Source: an uncultured Actinomycetota bacterium
GTDB lineage: Bacteria > Actinomycetota > Actinomycetes > UBA12327
DNA length: 64,000 nucleotides
Reading direction: 5' to 3'
NCBI GenBank assembly: GCA_963850215.1
Contig: CAWKKI010000006.1
Span: forward strand, 5,535 to 69,534
This document shows positions 1 to 11,611 of the stretch, one piece after another. Position numbers and translations under genes: made by a program. Position 1 is the first letter of the stretch. Every line of letters starts with the position of its first letter. The notes under the pieces were generated by a model. That model was not told the DNA's origin. It worked only from the letters and a program-made list of their open reading frames with translations, and did not search any database.

Positions 1-27
1 GATCAGGTCGGGGATCGCGAGCTTCAT
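1..27 (-). CDS. Partial CDS running off the window edge (MKLAIPDLI...), possibly an ABC substrate-binding protein
   Basis: ATG at 27 preceded by a GAAGGA RBS-like sequence. Only 9 codons are visible, so the product is a weak guess. Confidence 0.3.
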
Positions 28-64
28 TGGAGTCCTTCGGTCGATGAGCGAGCGGTAGGGCACA

Positions 65-268
65 GTGTCCTGTATGCCTGCCGTCACATGGTTCGTGGTA
101 CTGGTCGTTCTCCTCTTCTGGGGATACTGCATCGTCGACTTCATGCGCACGGACGATCGCGACGTTCAGTTGTTCTCCCGCCCGGTGTGGGCCCTACTTC
201 TGGTATTCACCAGCCTCTTCGGCGCGCTCCTGTGGTATTTCCAAGGCCGTCCACGGCGCTCCCGTTGA
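65..268 (+). CDS. Small two-TM membrane protein (PLDc N-terminal-like)
   Basis: Hydrophobic helix, then YCIVDF, RPVWALLLVF..LFGALLW and a basic tail. The start may be ATG 74. Confidence 0.7.
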   Translation: MSCMPAVTWFVVLVVLLFWGYCIVDFMRTDDRDVQLFSRPVWALLLVFTSLFGALLWYFQGRPRRSR

Positions 269-278
269 GGCCGCGCCC

Positions 279-1494
279 TTAGGGGATGGCCAATGAGCGC
301 TCGTAGCCCTCAAGCATGGCGACCCGGCGCAGGTAGGTGCGTAGGGCATCAGGGTCGCGGACTGTTGCTCGCAGCGTCTCGTAGAAGGCCCTGCGCGCAA
401 CCGGATCCTGCTGGGAGATGTTGTTCTTGTTCTCGATGGTCTGACGCTGCAGGTACTCCTGCGCCACTGTGCGTCTTTGGCGGTCGTACTGGTCGAGCGT
501 GCTGTCATCGGCGGCGCCGTCGAGAAATGCTGTCAAGTCGTGGCGCGAGGTTGAAGACGTCGTGGATGCCGAAGTTCATGCCCATACCGCCGAGTGGGTT
601 GTTCACGTGTGCGGCGTCGCCGGCGATGAGCACACGACCGTTCCGGAACGAGCTGGCCACACGTTGGTGGACGTTGTAGATGTTGCGGTGGGTGACGGCA
701 TAGTCGCCATCGATCGGGTGGAAGTCGTGGAGCCTGGCTTGCACGGCTCGTTCGTCGAAGAGGTCATCGATATCGGCGCGCGGATCGACCGGGGAGACCA
801 CCCGCCAAAGGCCTTTGCCGTCGTCGCCTGGCACCTTGAACAGCGCTCGCCACTCGTCGGGGTCCGCGATGTAGTTGGTGCCCGCGTAGCCCACCGAGCC
901 GAAGTCGAACGGCGTGCTCAGAACCAGAAACCGTTCGTCGTAAGTGAAACCGTCGAATTCGACCGGCATCGACTTGCGGACGGCGGAGCGGCCACCGTCG
1001 CATCCGACCAGAAAGGCACCGCGCAAGTCGCGAGTGCCTGCGGGCGTTGAGACGGTGACGTTCGACGCCTGACTCTGTCGCGACCGCCGACTCGACCCGG
1101 TGCTCCATCAAGACACGATCGCCTAGACCCATTGCAGTCAGCATGTCGCGCAGCAGGTAGCAGACCTTGTGCTGCTCGAGCATCAATCGGAACGGGTACG
1201 CGGTGTCGTTGGCGAGCGCGCCGAGATCGAACTCCGCGATCACGCCCTCGGTGCGCGAGCGGTACTGGTAGTTCGTGACGGTGAAGCCGCGGCGCAGCAT
1301 CTCGTTCGTGGCGCCGATAGTCGCGTACAGCTCCAGGGTCGGCGGGTGGATGGTGCCCGCGCGTGGCTCGTCGCGCGATGTGATCGCTGGCCTCAAGGAC
1401 TGTGAACGGGATTCCAGCCTGCGCCAGGATGACCGCGAGCGGTGTAGCCAACTGGACCACCTCCGGCGATCAGCACGCCGTCGTCCCGGTCCAC
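279..1494 (-). CDS. FAD-dependent aromatic-type monooxygenase (several frameshifts)
   Basis: Motifs VLIAGGGPVG (start GTG 1494), LVGCDGGRS and GDAAH-NNPLGGMGMNFGIHD are spread over ORFs 918..1460, 764..1396, 505..1026 and 279..536. Confidence 0.85.
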
Positions 1495-1509
1495 GGAAGC
1501 TGGCGACCG

Positions 1510-1830
1510 TCAGTGCGCTTCGCCGGGCTGCGGCCCGTCGAAGCCTTCCACTGCAACGAACTCGCCAACGCTCACGCCATCTGCAACGCGGTTGCTGCGC
1601 GCCTCCTGGTACTCCGGGGAGTTGAAGTACTCGAGCGCTCGCTCGTATGACTCGAACTCGAGAACCACGTTGCGCGGCCGCGCTTCGCCGTCAAGTGCCG
1701 TGTGCTGGCCGCCGAGCACCAGGATGCGTGCGCCGTACTTCGCCATGGCGACGCGGGCACCTGCGGCGTAGCGCATGTACGCGTCGTTGTCGTCGACGGT
1801 GACGCGGGCGATGATGTAGCCCTTGGGCAT
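1510..1830 (-). CDS. DUF1330 domain protein
   Basis: MPKGYIIARV..Y..KYGARILVLGG..LDGE..RNVVLEFES..A..YFNSPEYQEA pattern. Start ATG 1830. Confidence 0.85.
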   Translation of the reverse strand: MPKGYIIARVTVDDNDAYMRYAAGARVAMAKYGARILVLGGQHTALDGEARPRNVVLEFESYERALEYFNSPEYQEARSNRVADGVSVGEFVAVEGFDGPQPGEAH

Positions 1831-1879
1831 GCTTGGTTTGCTCCTCGAGTTCTGCGGCGGCTGACTGCGTTGCCTCTGA

Positions 1880-3350
1880 TTACGACGAGTACCAGACGTT
1901 GACGTTCTTGACCTGCGAGTAGGACTGCAGTTCCTCGATGTCCTCTTCGCGGCCGATGCCGCTGTCCTTGTAGCCGCCGAACGGCGTGCCAGCGAAGTGC
2001 TTCGAGCTGTCGTTGACCCACACGTAGCCGGCTTGCACCTCGTGCGCGAAGCGGTGCGCCTGCTCGAGGTTCGTCGTGTAGACACTCGCGGTGAGTCCGT
2101 AGAGCACGCCGTTGGCCATCGTGATCGCCTCGTCGTAGTCGGCGAAGGGCATGACCGCCATCACCGGACCGAAGATCTCCTCCTGCGCCATCCGCGAGTC
2201 GGGATCGACGTCAGCGAAGACGGCCGGCTTGATGAACAGGCCGCCGACCGAGGTCGCCGTCGGTGTTGTGCTCGCCGCCGGTGACCAGCCGCGAGCCCTC
2301 TTGCTGGCCGAGATCGACGTAGTAGCGGACCTTGTCGAACTGCGCCTGATTGATCATGGACCCGGTCTGCGTGTCGGCGTCGTCTGGTGCAGCCTTGCTT
2401 GAGATCCGAGACGGTGCGCGGCGAGCAGGTCAACGAAGTCGTCGTAGATCTCGCGCTGGACGATCACGCGCGAGGTCGACCCGCAGGACTGGCCTTGCCA
2501 GGTGAAGTTCATGCCGCGGATCGCGCCGTCGACTGCGGCTTCGAGATCTGCGTCGTTGAACACGACGATCGGGTTCTTGCCGCCGAGCTCGAGACTGACG
2601 TGCTTGACGGCCACGCTGGCCGCGCGCGCCTGGATCGAGCGGCCGGTGGTGGCGGCGCCGATGAAGGCGAGCCGGCGAATCCCGGGATGCGTCACCAGCG
2701 CGTCGCCGACGGTCTGGCCCGTAGCCGGTGACCATGTTGAGGACGCCGGGCGGCAGCACATCCTTGGCGAGCTCGGCCAGTCGCAGGGCGGACAGGCTGG
2801 TGTGCTCGCTCGGCTTGAGGATGACGGTGTTGCCGGCCGCAAGGGGAGCGGCAATCTTGCCGGCCGCGAACATCAACGGGTGGTTGAACGGAATGATCCG
2901 CGCGACTACCCCATAAGGCTGACGCAACGTGTAGTTGAGACGCCCTGGACCGGTAGGGATCGTCTCGCCTCGTAGTTGCAGGACCAGGCCCGCGAAGTAA
3001 CGCAGCTGCGCGGTCGCGATCGGGACGTCCTTGCGCATCTCCTTGATCGGGCTGCCGTTGTCCATGACGTCGAGCGCGGCAAGCTCGTCTGCGTGCGCGT
3101 CGACGACGTCGGCCAACGTGCGCAGTGCGTGCGCCCGCTCGGCCGGCGGGGCTTCTGACCACTCGGGGAATGCGGCGTCGGCTGCCTCGTAGGCGATCTG
3201 GACGTCCTCGGCGTCTGCTGCTGGAATGGTGGCGACGACCTCGCCGGTTGCGGGATTGACCGCATCCATGACCTGACCCGAAGCGGCCTCGACCAGTTGA
3301 CCGCCGATGAGCATCCGAACCACGCGCTTCTCGCTCGCCACACTCGTCAT
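1880..3350 (-). CDS. Aldehyde dehydrogenase (frameshifted)
   Basis: PFNHP, KPSE, LELGGK, GQSC, EEIFGP and [13 protein letters not shown] motifs across ORFs 2430..3362, 2354..2854 and 1880..2191. Confidence 0.9.
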
Positions 3351-3358
3351 GCGGCGAA

Positions 3359-3787
3359 TCATGCCCTACCCGGCTGGCCTATCGCCGGGCAGGGCTTGCT
3401 CTGCCCGCGCGCCGTTCGTCCCAGCAGCGTCCTATCCGCCGTCGCGAAGTTCGGATTCTCGATGATCCCGATGATGCAGCCGCTCGGCTCGATGACCGAC
3501 GCGGTGCGGATGTCGTCGCCGACGTCGGTGACCGGCGTGTGCAGGGTCGCGCCCTCTTCAACTAGGTGGGCGAGCGCGGCATCGATGTCGGCCACGCCCC
3601 AGTAGGTGATTGGCCCCTGAGCCGGATCCGCATTCGGGTCAAGGCCGAGTTCGTATCTGCCCACGTCGTAGCCGACGTAGAAGGGTTGGTCGAAGTAGGG
3701 CGGGGACCCGATAAGTCGGGTGAACCACGCTTTACTGGCTTCTAGATCAGGCGCGGGGTAGATGACTGTGCGCAGTCCGAGAAACAT
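3359..3787 (-). CDS. VOC/glyoxalase family protein
   Basis: MFLGLRTVIYPAPDLEASKAWF...PYFDQPFYVG...ELGLDP...YWGVADI...DVGDDIRTA. Start overlaps the zwf stop. Confidence 0.85.
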   Translation of the reverse strand: MFLGLRTVIYPAPDLEASKAWFTRLIGSPPYFDQPFYVGYDVGRYELGLDPNADPAQGPITYWGVADIDAALAHLVEEGATLHTPVTDVGDDIRTASVIEPSGCIIGIIENPNFATADRTLLGRTARGQSKPCPAIGQPGRA

Positions 3788-5214
3788 CAGGTCCCATGTC
3801 CCCTTAACGCATCGCGATTCTCCTTGGGGAACCACGGCCGGTGCCAGCGACCGAAGCCCCTGGTCAATTGGTACGCCTGGGGCGGACCCCATGACCCTTG
3901 TGCGTATGGGATCACGTCTTGGGTCGTGTTCAGCAGCGGCTCAACGATCCGCCATGTCTCCTCGACCGAGTCTTCGCGAGTGAACAGCCCAGACCGACCG
4001 GCAAGCGCGTCGCCTAGGAGCCGCTCGTAGGGCTCCGGGGCATCGCCGAGCTCGTCGCGGAAGATCAGCGAGAGGTCGATCGACTTGGGTGCGTTCTTGC
4101 CTGGCTTCTTCGCCTGCACCGACAAGCACGCGCCCGGCTGCGGATCGATCCGGACCACGAACTGGTCTTGGTCTGGAGTGTGCTTCGGCGCGATGACCAA
4201 GGGCGGGGGTCGCTTGAACACGATCCGAACCTCGGTGATCTTGGCGGGCATCGCCTTACCGGCCCTGATGAAGAACGGCACTCCGGACCAGCGCCAGTTC
4301 TCAATGCCCAGCCGCATGGCGGCGAAGGTTTCGGTGTTCGAATCGGCGGCGACCCCATCGATGTCCCGGTAGCCGTCGTACTGACCGCGCACGTAATGAG
4401 CAGGATTGGCCGCGGGCATGGCCTTAAATACGTCGAAGCGCTTGTCGAGGATCGCGTCGTCGCCGGGCGACGACGGCGGCTCCATCGCCACGAGAGCGAT
4501 GATCTGCAACAAGTGGTTTTGCACCACGTCTCGTACGGCGCCTACCGGGTCGTAGAAACTGCCGCGATCCTCGACCCCTACCTGCTCAGCCATGGTGATC
4601 TGCACGCTGCTGATGTGTTGGCGGTTCCAGACCGGCTCAAAAATGGAGTTCGCAAAGCGCAGGAACAGGATGTCCATCGCCGGCTCTTTGCCGAGGAAGT
4701 GGTCGATCCGCAGGATCTGCTCTTCTTCAAGAACGGTGCGCAGGTCGGCGTTGAGCGCACGTGCGGACTCAAGGTCGCGGCCAAAGGGCTTCTCGACAAC
4801 GACGCGGGCGTTCTTCGTCAGTCCGGCATCGGCCAGTCCATGAACGATGCGGCTGAACAGCACGGGTGGCACTTCGAGGTAGAACACCGGCGTGTGCGCA
4901 TCTTGCAGGTGCGACGCCACTTCTGAGTAGGTGTCGGAGGAGTCGTAGTCCCCGCGCACGTACCGCAGCCGACCGGCGAAGCGGGCCCACACTTCCTCGT
5001 CGATGTCCTCCCCGGCGGCGGCTACGTCCTTGCGCGCCTGCTGGGCTAGCACGGCGTGGTCCCAGTCGGTTCGCCCCACCCCCACGATCAAGCAGTCGAG
5101 CAAGCCTCGTCGTTCGAGCCGATAGAGCGAGCGAAAGGTCATTTTTCGCGCGAGATCGCCGGTGATGCCAAAGATGACGAGCGCATCAGCCTTCGCCGCG
5201 AACGAGTTGGCCAC
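3787..5214 (-). CDS. zwf: Glucose-6-phosphate dehydrogenase
   Basis: GITGDLA, VEKPFG, RIDHFLGKE, DVVQNHLLQ and RWSGVPF motifs. Confidence 0.97.
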   Translation of the reverse strand: MANSFAAKADALVIFGITGDLARKMTFRSLYRLERRGLLDCLIVGVGRTDWDHAVLAQQARKDVAAAGEDIDEEVWARFAGRLRYVRGDYDSSDTYSEVASHLQDAHTPVFYLEVPPVLFSRIVHGLADAGLTKNARVVVEKPFGRDLESARALNADLRTVLEEEQILRIDHFLGKEPAMDILFLRFANSIFEPVWNRQHISSVQITMAEQVGVEDRGSFYDPVGAVRDVVQNHLLQIIALVAMEPPSSPGDDAILDKRFDVFKAMPAANPAHYVRGQYDGYRDIDGVAADSNTETFAAMRLGIENWRWSGVPFFIRAGKAMPAKITEVRIVFKRPPPLVIAPKHTPDQDQFVVRIDPQPGACLSVQAKKPGKNAPKSIDLSLIFRDELGDAPEPYERLLGDALAGRSGLFTREDSVEETWRIVEPLLNTTQDVIPYAQGSWGPPQAYQLTRGFGRWHRPWFPKENRDALRGHGT

Positions 5215-5300
5215 GCTGTGTCCCCTCTCGTTTCAGCCGCTGGCTGTCACTAACGTCTCCGACGATACTGACAGAACGATCATCCAACGAGAGGCGTGCC

Positions 5301-6335
5301 ATGACCACCGAGCATCCAATGCAGATCGCCATGGTCGGTCTTGGGCGCATGGGGGCGAATCTGTCCCGCCGACTGATGCGCGATGGGCACCGCGTGGTCG
5401 CCTACGACGTGAGTTCCGACGCGGTCGCTGCCCTCGAGAAAGAAGGCGCGACCGGCGCACGAACAATGGGGGAACTGGTAGCTGCGCTTGAGCAACCCCG
5501 AGTCGTGTGGGTCATGGTCCCAGCCGGCGACATCACCGAGAAGGCCATCATGGACTTGGCCGAACACCTCAGCCCTGATGACGTCATCATCGACGGCGGC
5601 AACTCCTACTACCGCGATGACATCCGGCATGCGAAGGCGCTGGCGGACAAGGGCATCCACTTCGTGGACTGCGGAACGAGTGGCGGCGTTTTCGGGCTCG
5701 AACGCGGCTTCTGCCTGATGATCGGCGCCGAAGCCGAGGTCTTCGCCCGGATCGAGCCGATCTTCGCGACCATTGCGCCGGGTGTCGATGCGGCTCCACG
5801 ATCACCTGGCCGGTCTGGTGAGCCGACGAATGCCGAGCGCGGTTACCTGCACTGTGGGCCTAACGGTGCTGGTCACTTCGTGAAGATGGTGCACAACGGC
5901 ATCGAATACGGCCTGATGGCCGCATACGCCGAGGGCCTGAACATCCTGCAGAACGCGAACGCCGGCAAGGTCACGCGCGACGGCGACGCCGAGACGGCGC
6001 CGCTCGCCGAGCCCGAGTACTACCAGTACGACATCGACACGGCCGAGGTCGCAGAGGTGTGGCGACGGGGGAGCGTGGTCGCCTCGTGGCTGCTCGACCT
6101 CACCGCGATCGCTCTGCACGACTCGCCTTCGTTGGACGACTTCACCGGACGCGTGTCCGACTCGGGCGAGGGTCGATGGACCTCGATCGCCGCCATTGAT
6201 GAAGGCGTGCCTGCGCCGGTGCTCACGACCGCTCTTTATTCGCGGTTCGCCTCGCGCAATCTCGATGACTTCGCCAACCGGGTCCTGTCGGCGATGCGCA
6301 AGGAGTTCGGCGGCCACGTCGAGAAGAGCGCCTGA
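5301..6335 (+). CDS. gnd: 6-phosphogluconate dehydrogenase, decarboxylating (short form)
   Basis: GLGRMG, IDGGN, GTSGG, GAGHFVKMVHNGIEYG, DSGEGRW and FGGH motifs. Confidence 0.96.
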   Translation: MTTEHPMQIAMVGLGRMGANLSRRLMRDGHRVVAYDVSSDAVAALEKEGATGARTMGELVAALEQPRVVWVMVPAGDITEKAIMDLAEHLSPDDVIIDGGNSYYRDDIRHAKALADKGIHFVDCGTSGGVFGLERGFCLMIGAEAEVFARIEPIFATIAPGVDAAPRSPGRSGEPTNAERGYLHCGPNGAGHFVKMVHNGIEYGLMAAYAEGLNILQNANAGKVTRDGDAETAPLAEPEYYQYDIDTAEVAEVWRRGSVVASWLLDLTAIALHDSPSLDDFTGRVSDSGEGRWTSIAAIDEGVPAPVLTTALYSRFASRNLDDFANRVLSAMRKEFGGHVEKSA

Positions 6336-7000
6336 TGCCCGATTCGGTTGAGCGACCGAACCTTCGTGTCGTCGACGTTGGAGACGACACATCACTTGCA
6401 CAAGCCAGCGCAAGTTTCGTGGTCGAGCGGATCAACGATGTGCTAGCGCATCATGCCCTTTTCAACCTCGCGCTGTCCGGTGGCACCACCCCGTGGGCGA
6501 TGCTCGACGTACTGCGAACAAGTGACGTGCCGTGGGACCGAGTCGCAATATTCCAAGTGGACGAACGCATCGCGCCCGCAGGTGATCCGAGCCGCAACAT
6601 CACGCAGATGGCCGAGCACCTGCCCGCTTCGGCGCATGTGGATCCGATGCCGGTCGAGTTGGCAGACTTGGAGGCGGCTGCTGCCTCTTACGCGGCGCGC
6701 ATCCCGCGGACCTTCGACCTCATCCACCTGGGGTTGGGGCCAGACGGCCACACCGCTTCACTCGTTCCAGGCGATCCAGTACTCGACGTGACCGATCGCG
6801 ATGTGGCCGTGACGACCAACGAGTACCAGGGTCATCGACGAATGACCCTTACTTTTCCCGTGCTCGACCGCGCGTCCGCGGTGATGTGGCTTGTCCGCGG
6901 CGATCGAGCGGCTGATGCGTTGCAAAGGTTGAGGGCTGGTGACACGTCGATTCCTGGCGGGCGCGTGTCGTGCCGGAATCAGGTCCTATTCACGGATTGA
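6335..7000 (+). CDS. pgl: 6-phosphogluconolactonase
   Basis: LSGGTTP, QVDER, LGLGPDGHTASL and RMTLT motifs. Coupled to gnd. Confidence 0.92.
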   Translation: MPDSVERPNLRVVDVGDDTSLAQASASFVVERINDVLAHHALFNLALSGGTTPWAMLDVLRTSDVPWDRVAIFQVDERIAPAGDPSRNITQMAEHLPASAHVDPMPVELADLEAAAASYAARIPRTFDLIHLGLGPDGHTASLVPGDPVLDVTDRDVAVTTNEYQGHRRMTLTFPVLDRASAVMWLVRGDRAADALQRLRAGDTSIPGGRVSCRNQVLFTD

Positions 7001-7803
7001 GTCGTCGACAGGATGAATGTGTGCATCGCGTGGGCGAAGCCCTCGTCGTCGTTGCTCCGCGTTACTTCGTCGGCGGCCCCAATCACTTCGGCCGAGGCCT
7101 GAGCCATGGCGATGCTCAACCCTGCTCGTTGGAACATCAGCACGTCGTTGTGCCCGTCCCCGATGGCCGCGATCGACTCGTGCGGAATGTGCAGGGCCTT
7201 TGACAGGAAGTCGATGACCGCGCCCTTGTTGGCGTGCTCATCGGTGATGTCGAGGTAGTAGGGCTGGCTCTGGCTCGCGGACAGGTGCGGGAATCTGGCG
7301 CTCACGGTCTTGGTCGCCGCAGCCACCCGCTCGTGGTGTTCGCTGACGCCGACGATCTTGACGATGTCCAGGGTCAAGGTTTCAAAGTCCGACACCAGGA
7401 TCGGCTCGAATGCCACGGTCCTGGCCTCGCGCTGCACGTGCGGGCCCTTGAGATCCGTTACGAACCACTCGTTGCCCCGATAGACCCACACATTCACCTC
7501 GTGCTCGAGCAGGTCATCCACGATTCGATGCACATCGTCGGTCGGGATTGTCAGGTCCCGCAGCGGCGCCAACACGATGTCGGAGATGAGGCCGCCGTTG
7601 TAGCCGCACAAGGGCGTGTGAATGCCTAGCGGTGCGACGAAGGGGAGCAATCCACGAGGCGGGCGGCTGCTGGTCAGGGCGAAGGCGATCCCCGCGTTGC
7701 CCAACGCCCGTACAGCCGCGATCGCGCGAGCGGTCAGACCCTTGTTCGAGTCGAGGAGCGTCCCGTCGACGTCAGACAACACGAGGCGAATAGGGGCGGC
7801 CAT
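6979..7803 (-). CDS. Cof-type HAD-IIB hydrolase
   Basis: SDVDGTLL, NKG and GDGHNDVLMF motifs. Confidence 0.93.
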   Translation of the reverse strand: MAAPIRLVLSDVDGTLLDSNKGLTARAIAAVRALGNAGIAFALTSSRPPRGLLPFVAPLGIHTPLCGYNGGLISDIVLAPLRDLTIPTDDVHRIVDDLLEHEVNVWVYRGNEWFVTDLKGPHVQREARTVAFEPILVSDFETLTLDIVKIVGVSEHHERVAAATKTVSARFPHLSASQSQPYYLDITDEHANKGAVIDFLSKALHIPHESIAAIGDGHNDVLMFQRAGLSIAMAQASAEVIGAADEVTRSNDDEGFAHAMHTFILSTTQSVNRT

Positions 7804-7820
7804 GCGCAGATTGTCGCGAC

Positions 7821-8777
7821 TCAGTCGGTGGCCGCGAGTACCGCGGCTCCAATCGCTCCGGACATGTCCTTTAGCTCACTGAGGATGACCTGCGGTGCGT
7901 TCTCCGGAACGAACAGGAGCGGCGCGAGCTTGTCGACGACCCGGTCGATGAACGGTTGCCCTAGGCGATCACCGAGCCCACCACCGATGACGAACGCCTG
8001 CAGGTCGAGCAGGTTCTGAATCGTGGCGAGACCGATCGACATGGCCCACACGGCGTCGTCGAGCAGTTCGTTTGCGACCCGGTCGTCCCGCTCCGCGGCC
8101 TTCACGATGGCGCTGCTGTTCAGGGTGGTGCGCCCGCGCTCCTTCATCAGCTCGAACAGGATCGTCTTCTCGCCCTCCTCGACGCGCTTGCGGGCGTGCT
8201 TCTCCATCGACCCACGACCGGCATAGGCCTCGAGGTGCCCGCGGCGGCCACAACCGCACTCCCGACCGTCCGGCTTCACGATGATGTGCCCAACTTCGCC
8301 AGCCGCGCCGCGTCCGTCGCGCAACTTGCCCTCAAGCACCAGACCACCGCCGACGCCGGTGCCCATGAAGATGGCGAGGACGTCGGTGAACGGGCGGGCC
8401 GCTCCTCGCGCCTTCTCACCGATCATCGCGACGCGTACGTCGTTTTCGACCTTCACGCCCACGCCACCGTTGAGCTGCGAGAGACGAGGACCTAGTTCGA
8501 CCGGCGAGTCGAAACCAGGAATATTGGGCGAATGGGACACCGTGCCGCCCGCGGCGATCCGACCTGGTGCGCCTACGCCGATGGCCGCGATGTCTTTGCC
8601 GTCGACCGACGCCTTCGCCAACGAGTTGGCGATCGACTGCTGGATCGTCGCGACGACATCGGCGGCGCCCGAATGCGGGGTCAACAGCCGGTTCTGGCCG
8701 AGCACCTCGTGGCCGTCGAAGACGACCGTCTGCACCTTGGTGCCGCCCAGGTCGACACCGACCGTCACCGAGCCCAT
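7821..8777 (-). CDS. ROK family sugar kinase (glucokinase-like)
   Basis: GVDLGGTK, ENDV, GTGVGGG, GEVGH and CGCGRRGHLEAYA motifs. Start ATG 8777. Confidence 0.92.
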   Translation of the reverse strand: MGSVTVGVDLGGTKVQTVVFDGHEVLGQNRLLTPHSGAADVVATIQQSIANSLAKASVDGKDIAAIGVGAPGRIAAGGTVSHSPNIPGFDSPVELGPRLSQLNGGVGVKVENDVRVAMIGEKARGAARPFTDVLAIFMGTGVGGGLVLEGKLRDGRGAAGEVGHIIVKPDGRECGCGRRGHLEAYAGRGSMEKHARKRVEEGEKTILFELMKERGRTTLNSSAIVKAAERDDRVANELLDDAVWAMSIGLATIQNLLDLQAFVIGGGLGDRLGQPFIDRVVDKLAPLLFVPENAPQVILSELKDMSGAIGAAVLAATD

Positions 8778-8830
8778 GCGCCTGACAGTAGGCGATGGTC
8801 CAAGGACGTGCAGGCTTGTAGCCTCAAAGC

Positions 8831-9928
8831 ATGCCCTCCACTTCCAACCTCGCAACCCAGACTTTGCACGAAGCCGGCCAGAGCCTCTGGGTCGACAACA
8901 TCTCGCGCGGCATGCTCACGAGCGGAACCTTGGCTCGTTACATCAACGAGTTCTCGGTCACGGGCCTGACGTCGAACCCGTCAATCTTCGACAACGCGTT
9001 GAAGAGTGGCACGGACTACGACGAAGGTGTTGTCGCGCTCCTTGCGCAGGGCAAGTCCGGTGAGAACCTGTTCTTCGACCTCGCGATCGAGGATCTGCAG
9101 CAAGCGGCTGATCTCTTCGCGGCGATTCATCGACGCACCGATGGCGTCGATGGCTGGTGCTCGATCGAGGTCTCCCCGCACGAGGCCTACAACACCCAAC
9201 CGACCATTGACCAGGCGATCGATCTGCACGCCCGGGGCAACCGGCCGAACCTCTTCGTGAAGATTCCGGGCACCCCGGAAGGTTTGCCGGCGATCGAGGA
9301 GTGCATCTACCGCGGCATCCCAATCAATGTGACGTTGCTCTTCTCGGTCGATCAGTACCTCGCGGCCGCCGACGCCTACCTGCGCGGCCTGGAGCGCCGG
9401 GTCGCAGAAGGGCTCAATGCCGCGGTCGGATCGGTCGCCTCAGTGTTCATGTCCCGTTGGGACACTGCAGTTGCCGATCAAGTCCCCGCCGAGCTCGCGG
9501 ACAAGCTTGCGCTGGCGATCGGCCTGCAGTTGTACAAGGCGTACCGCGAACTATGCGCGTCGGATCGAATGCTGCGGCTGGCCAACGAAGGTGCACGCGT
9601 GCAGCGACTGCTCTGGGCAAGTACCAGCACCAAGAGTGCGTCCGCAGCGGACACGCTCTACGTCGCCGGACTGGCCGCGCCCTTCACCGTGAACACGATG
9701 CCGGATAAGACGCTTGAGGCCTTCGCTGATCATGGTGTGGTGGGCGAACCGCTCGTGGCCGACGGAGGGGACTCCGTCGGCACTCTTAAGGCGTTTGCAG
9801 ACGCCGGAGTCGACATCGATGCCCTTGGCGCAAAGCTTCAACGTGATGGCGCGGCCGCGTTCGTGAAGTCTTGGGACGATCTGCTCGAACGCGTGGCGGA
9901 GAAGTCCGGCACCGTCAGCGCTGCGTGA
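8831..9928 (+). CDS. tal: Transaldolase
   Basis: [34 protein letters not shown] and RLLWAST motifs. Confidence 0.96.
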   Translation: MPSTSNLATQTLHEAGQSLWVDNISRGMLTSGTLARYINEFSVTGLTSNPSIFDNALKSGTDYDEGVVALLAQGKSGENLFFDLAIEDLQQAADLFAAIHRRTDGVDGWCSIEVSPHEAYNTQPTIDQAIDLHARGNRPNLFVKIPGTPEGLPAIEECIYRGIPINVTLLFSVDQYLAAADAYLRGLERRVAEGLNAAVGSVASVFMSRWDTAVADQVPAELADKLALAIGLQLYKAYRELCASDRMLRLANEGARVQRLLWASTSTKSASAADTLYVAGLAAPFTVNTMPDKTLEAFADHGVVGEPLVADGGDSVGTLKAFADAGVDIDALGAKLQRDGAAAFVKSWDDLLERVAEKSGTVSAA

Positions 9929-9935
9929 TCCGCTC

Positions 9936-11574
9936 GTGATCGTCGAACGGCTCCGGGATCGCACCGCCTGGGCTGAGTTGGAGGCCCACTTCGACCGCAT
10001 CAAGGCCGTGCATCTGCGCGAGTGGTTCGACGAGGATCCTGGTCGGGCACAACGCCTGACCTGTGACGCCGCCGACCTTCACCTGGATTTCTCAAAGGCG
10101 CGAGTCGATGACGAGACGATGCGCCTGCTCGTTGCGCTGGCGGAACAGAGTGGTCTACGCGAACGAATCCACGCGATGTTTGCCGGCTCTCGGATAAACG
10201 TCACGGAGAACCGAGCGGTCTTGCACGTGGCTTTGCGAGCGCAACCCGGCGAGCGTTACGAGGTTGATGGTCGCGACGTGGTCCCAGAGGTGCGGGCCGT
10301 GCTCAGTCGGATGTCTGACTTCGCCGACCGCATCCGCAGCGGCGAGTGGACCGGACACACCGGCAAGCGGATCAGAAACGTCATCAATATCGGCATCGGC
10401 GGTTCAGACCTCGGCCCGGTAATGGCCCTCGAAGCCCTGCGCTACTACGCCCGCCGGGACATGGTCTTCCGGTTCGTCTCGAACATCGATGGCACCGACT
10501 TTGTCGAGGCGACGCGCGACCTGGAGCCGGACGAGACGTTGTTCGTGGTGTCATCAAAAACGTTCTCCACGCTTGGAGACGATGACCAACGCGCGCGCGG
10601 CTCGACAGTGGCTGCTCGACGGACTCGACGGCGACGAGAAAGCCATCGCCAGGCATGTCGTGGCCGTGTCGACTAACGAGAAGGAAGTGACCGCCTTCGG
10701 GATCGATCCGGACGCGATGTTCGGCTTCTGGGACTGGGTCGGTGGGCGGTACTCGATGGACTCGGCCATCGGGTTGTCGACGATGATAGCTGTAGGCCCT
10801 GAGCAGTTCCGCGAAATGCTGCGCGGCTTTCACGACATGGATATGCACTTTCTGACTGAGCCGTTTTCGCGAAACATGCCGGTACTCCTCGGACTGCTAG
10901 GAGTTTGGTACGCCAACTTCTTCGACGCGGAGACGGTTGCGGTGCTGCCGTACGAGCAGTACCTAAAACGCTTCCCCGCGTATCTACAGCAGCTGACGAT
11001 GGAGTCCAACGGAAAGCATGTGCGCCTCGATGGTTCGCGCGTCGACTACTCAACCGGCCCGATCTACTGGGGCGAACCAGGAACGAACGGGCAGCACTCG
11101 TTCTACCAACTAATCCATCAGGGCACGCACCTGATCCCGATCGACTTCATCGGCTTCGCGCACGCGTTGAATCCGCTGGGCGAGCAACACGATCTCCTGA
11201 TGGCCAACGTCTTTGCGCAAGCTGAGGCGCTGGCATTCGGCAAGACGCCCGATCAGGTGCGAGCGGAGGGTACGGCCGGGGATCTTGTGCCGCACCGCGT
11301 CTTCGAGGGCAACCGGCCGACCAACGTGATTTTGGCCGAGCGGCTGACCCCGCGAACTCTCGGCCAGCTCGTGGCTCTTTACGAGCACAGCGTCTTCACC
11401 CAAGGCGCGATCTGGGGGATCGACTCGTTCGACCAGTGGGGTGTCGAGCTCGGCAAGGCATTGGCGAAGGCGATCATTCCCGAACTTACCGAGGCGAGCG
11501 CGCCGGATCTGCAGCATGATTCGTCGACCAACGCGCTGATCCGGCGGTATCGCGACATGCTTGGACGCGCTTAG
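9936..11574 (+). CDS. pgi: Glucose-6-phosphate isomerase (one frameshift near 10570)
   Basis: [10 protein letters not shown] and SKTF in ORF 9936..10676; [21 protein letters not shown] and [10 protein letters not shown] in ORF 10489..11574. Confidence 0.95.
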
Positions 11575-11611
11575 CCTGCACCTAGTCGTCGAGCCCGGAA
11601 GGTCGTTGGAC

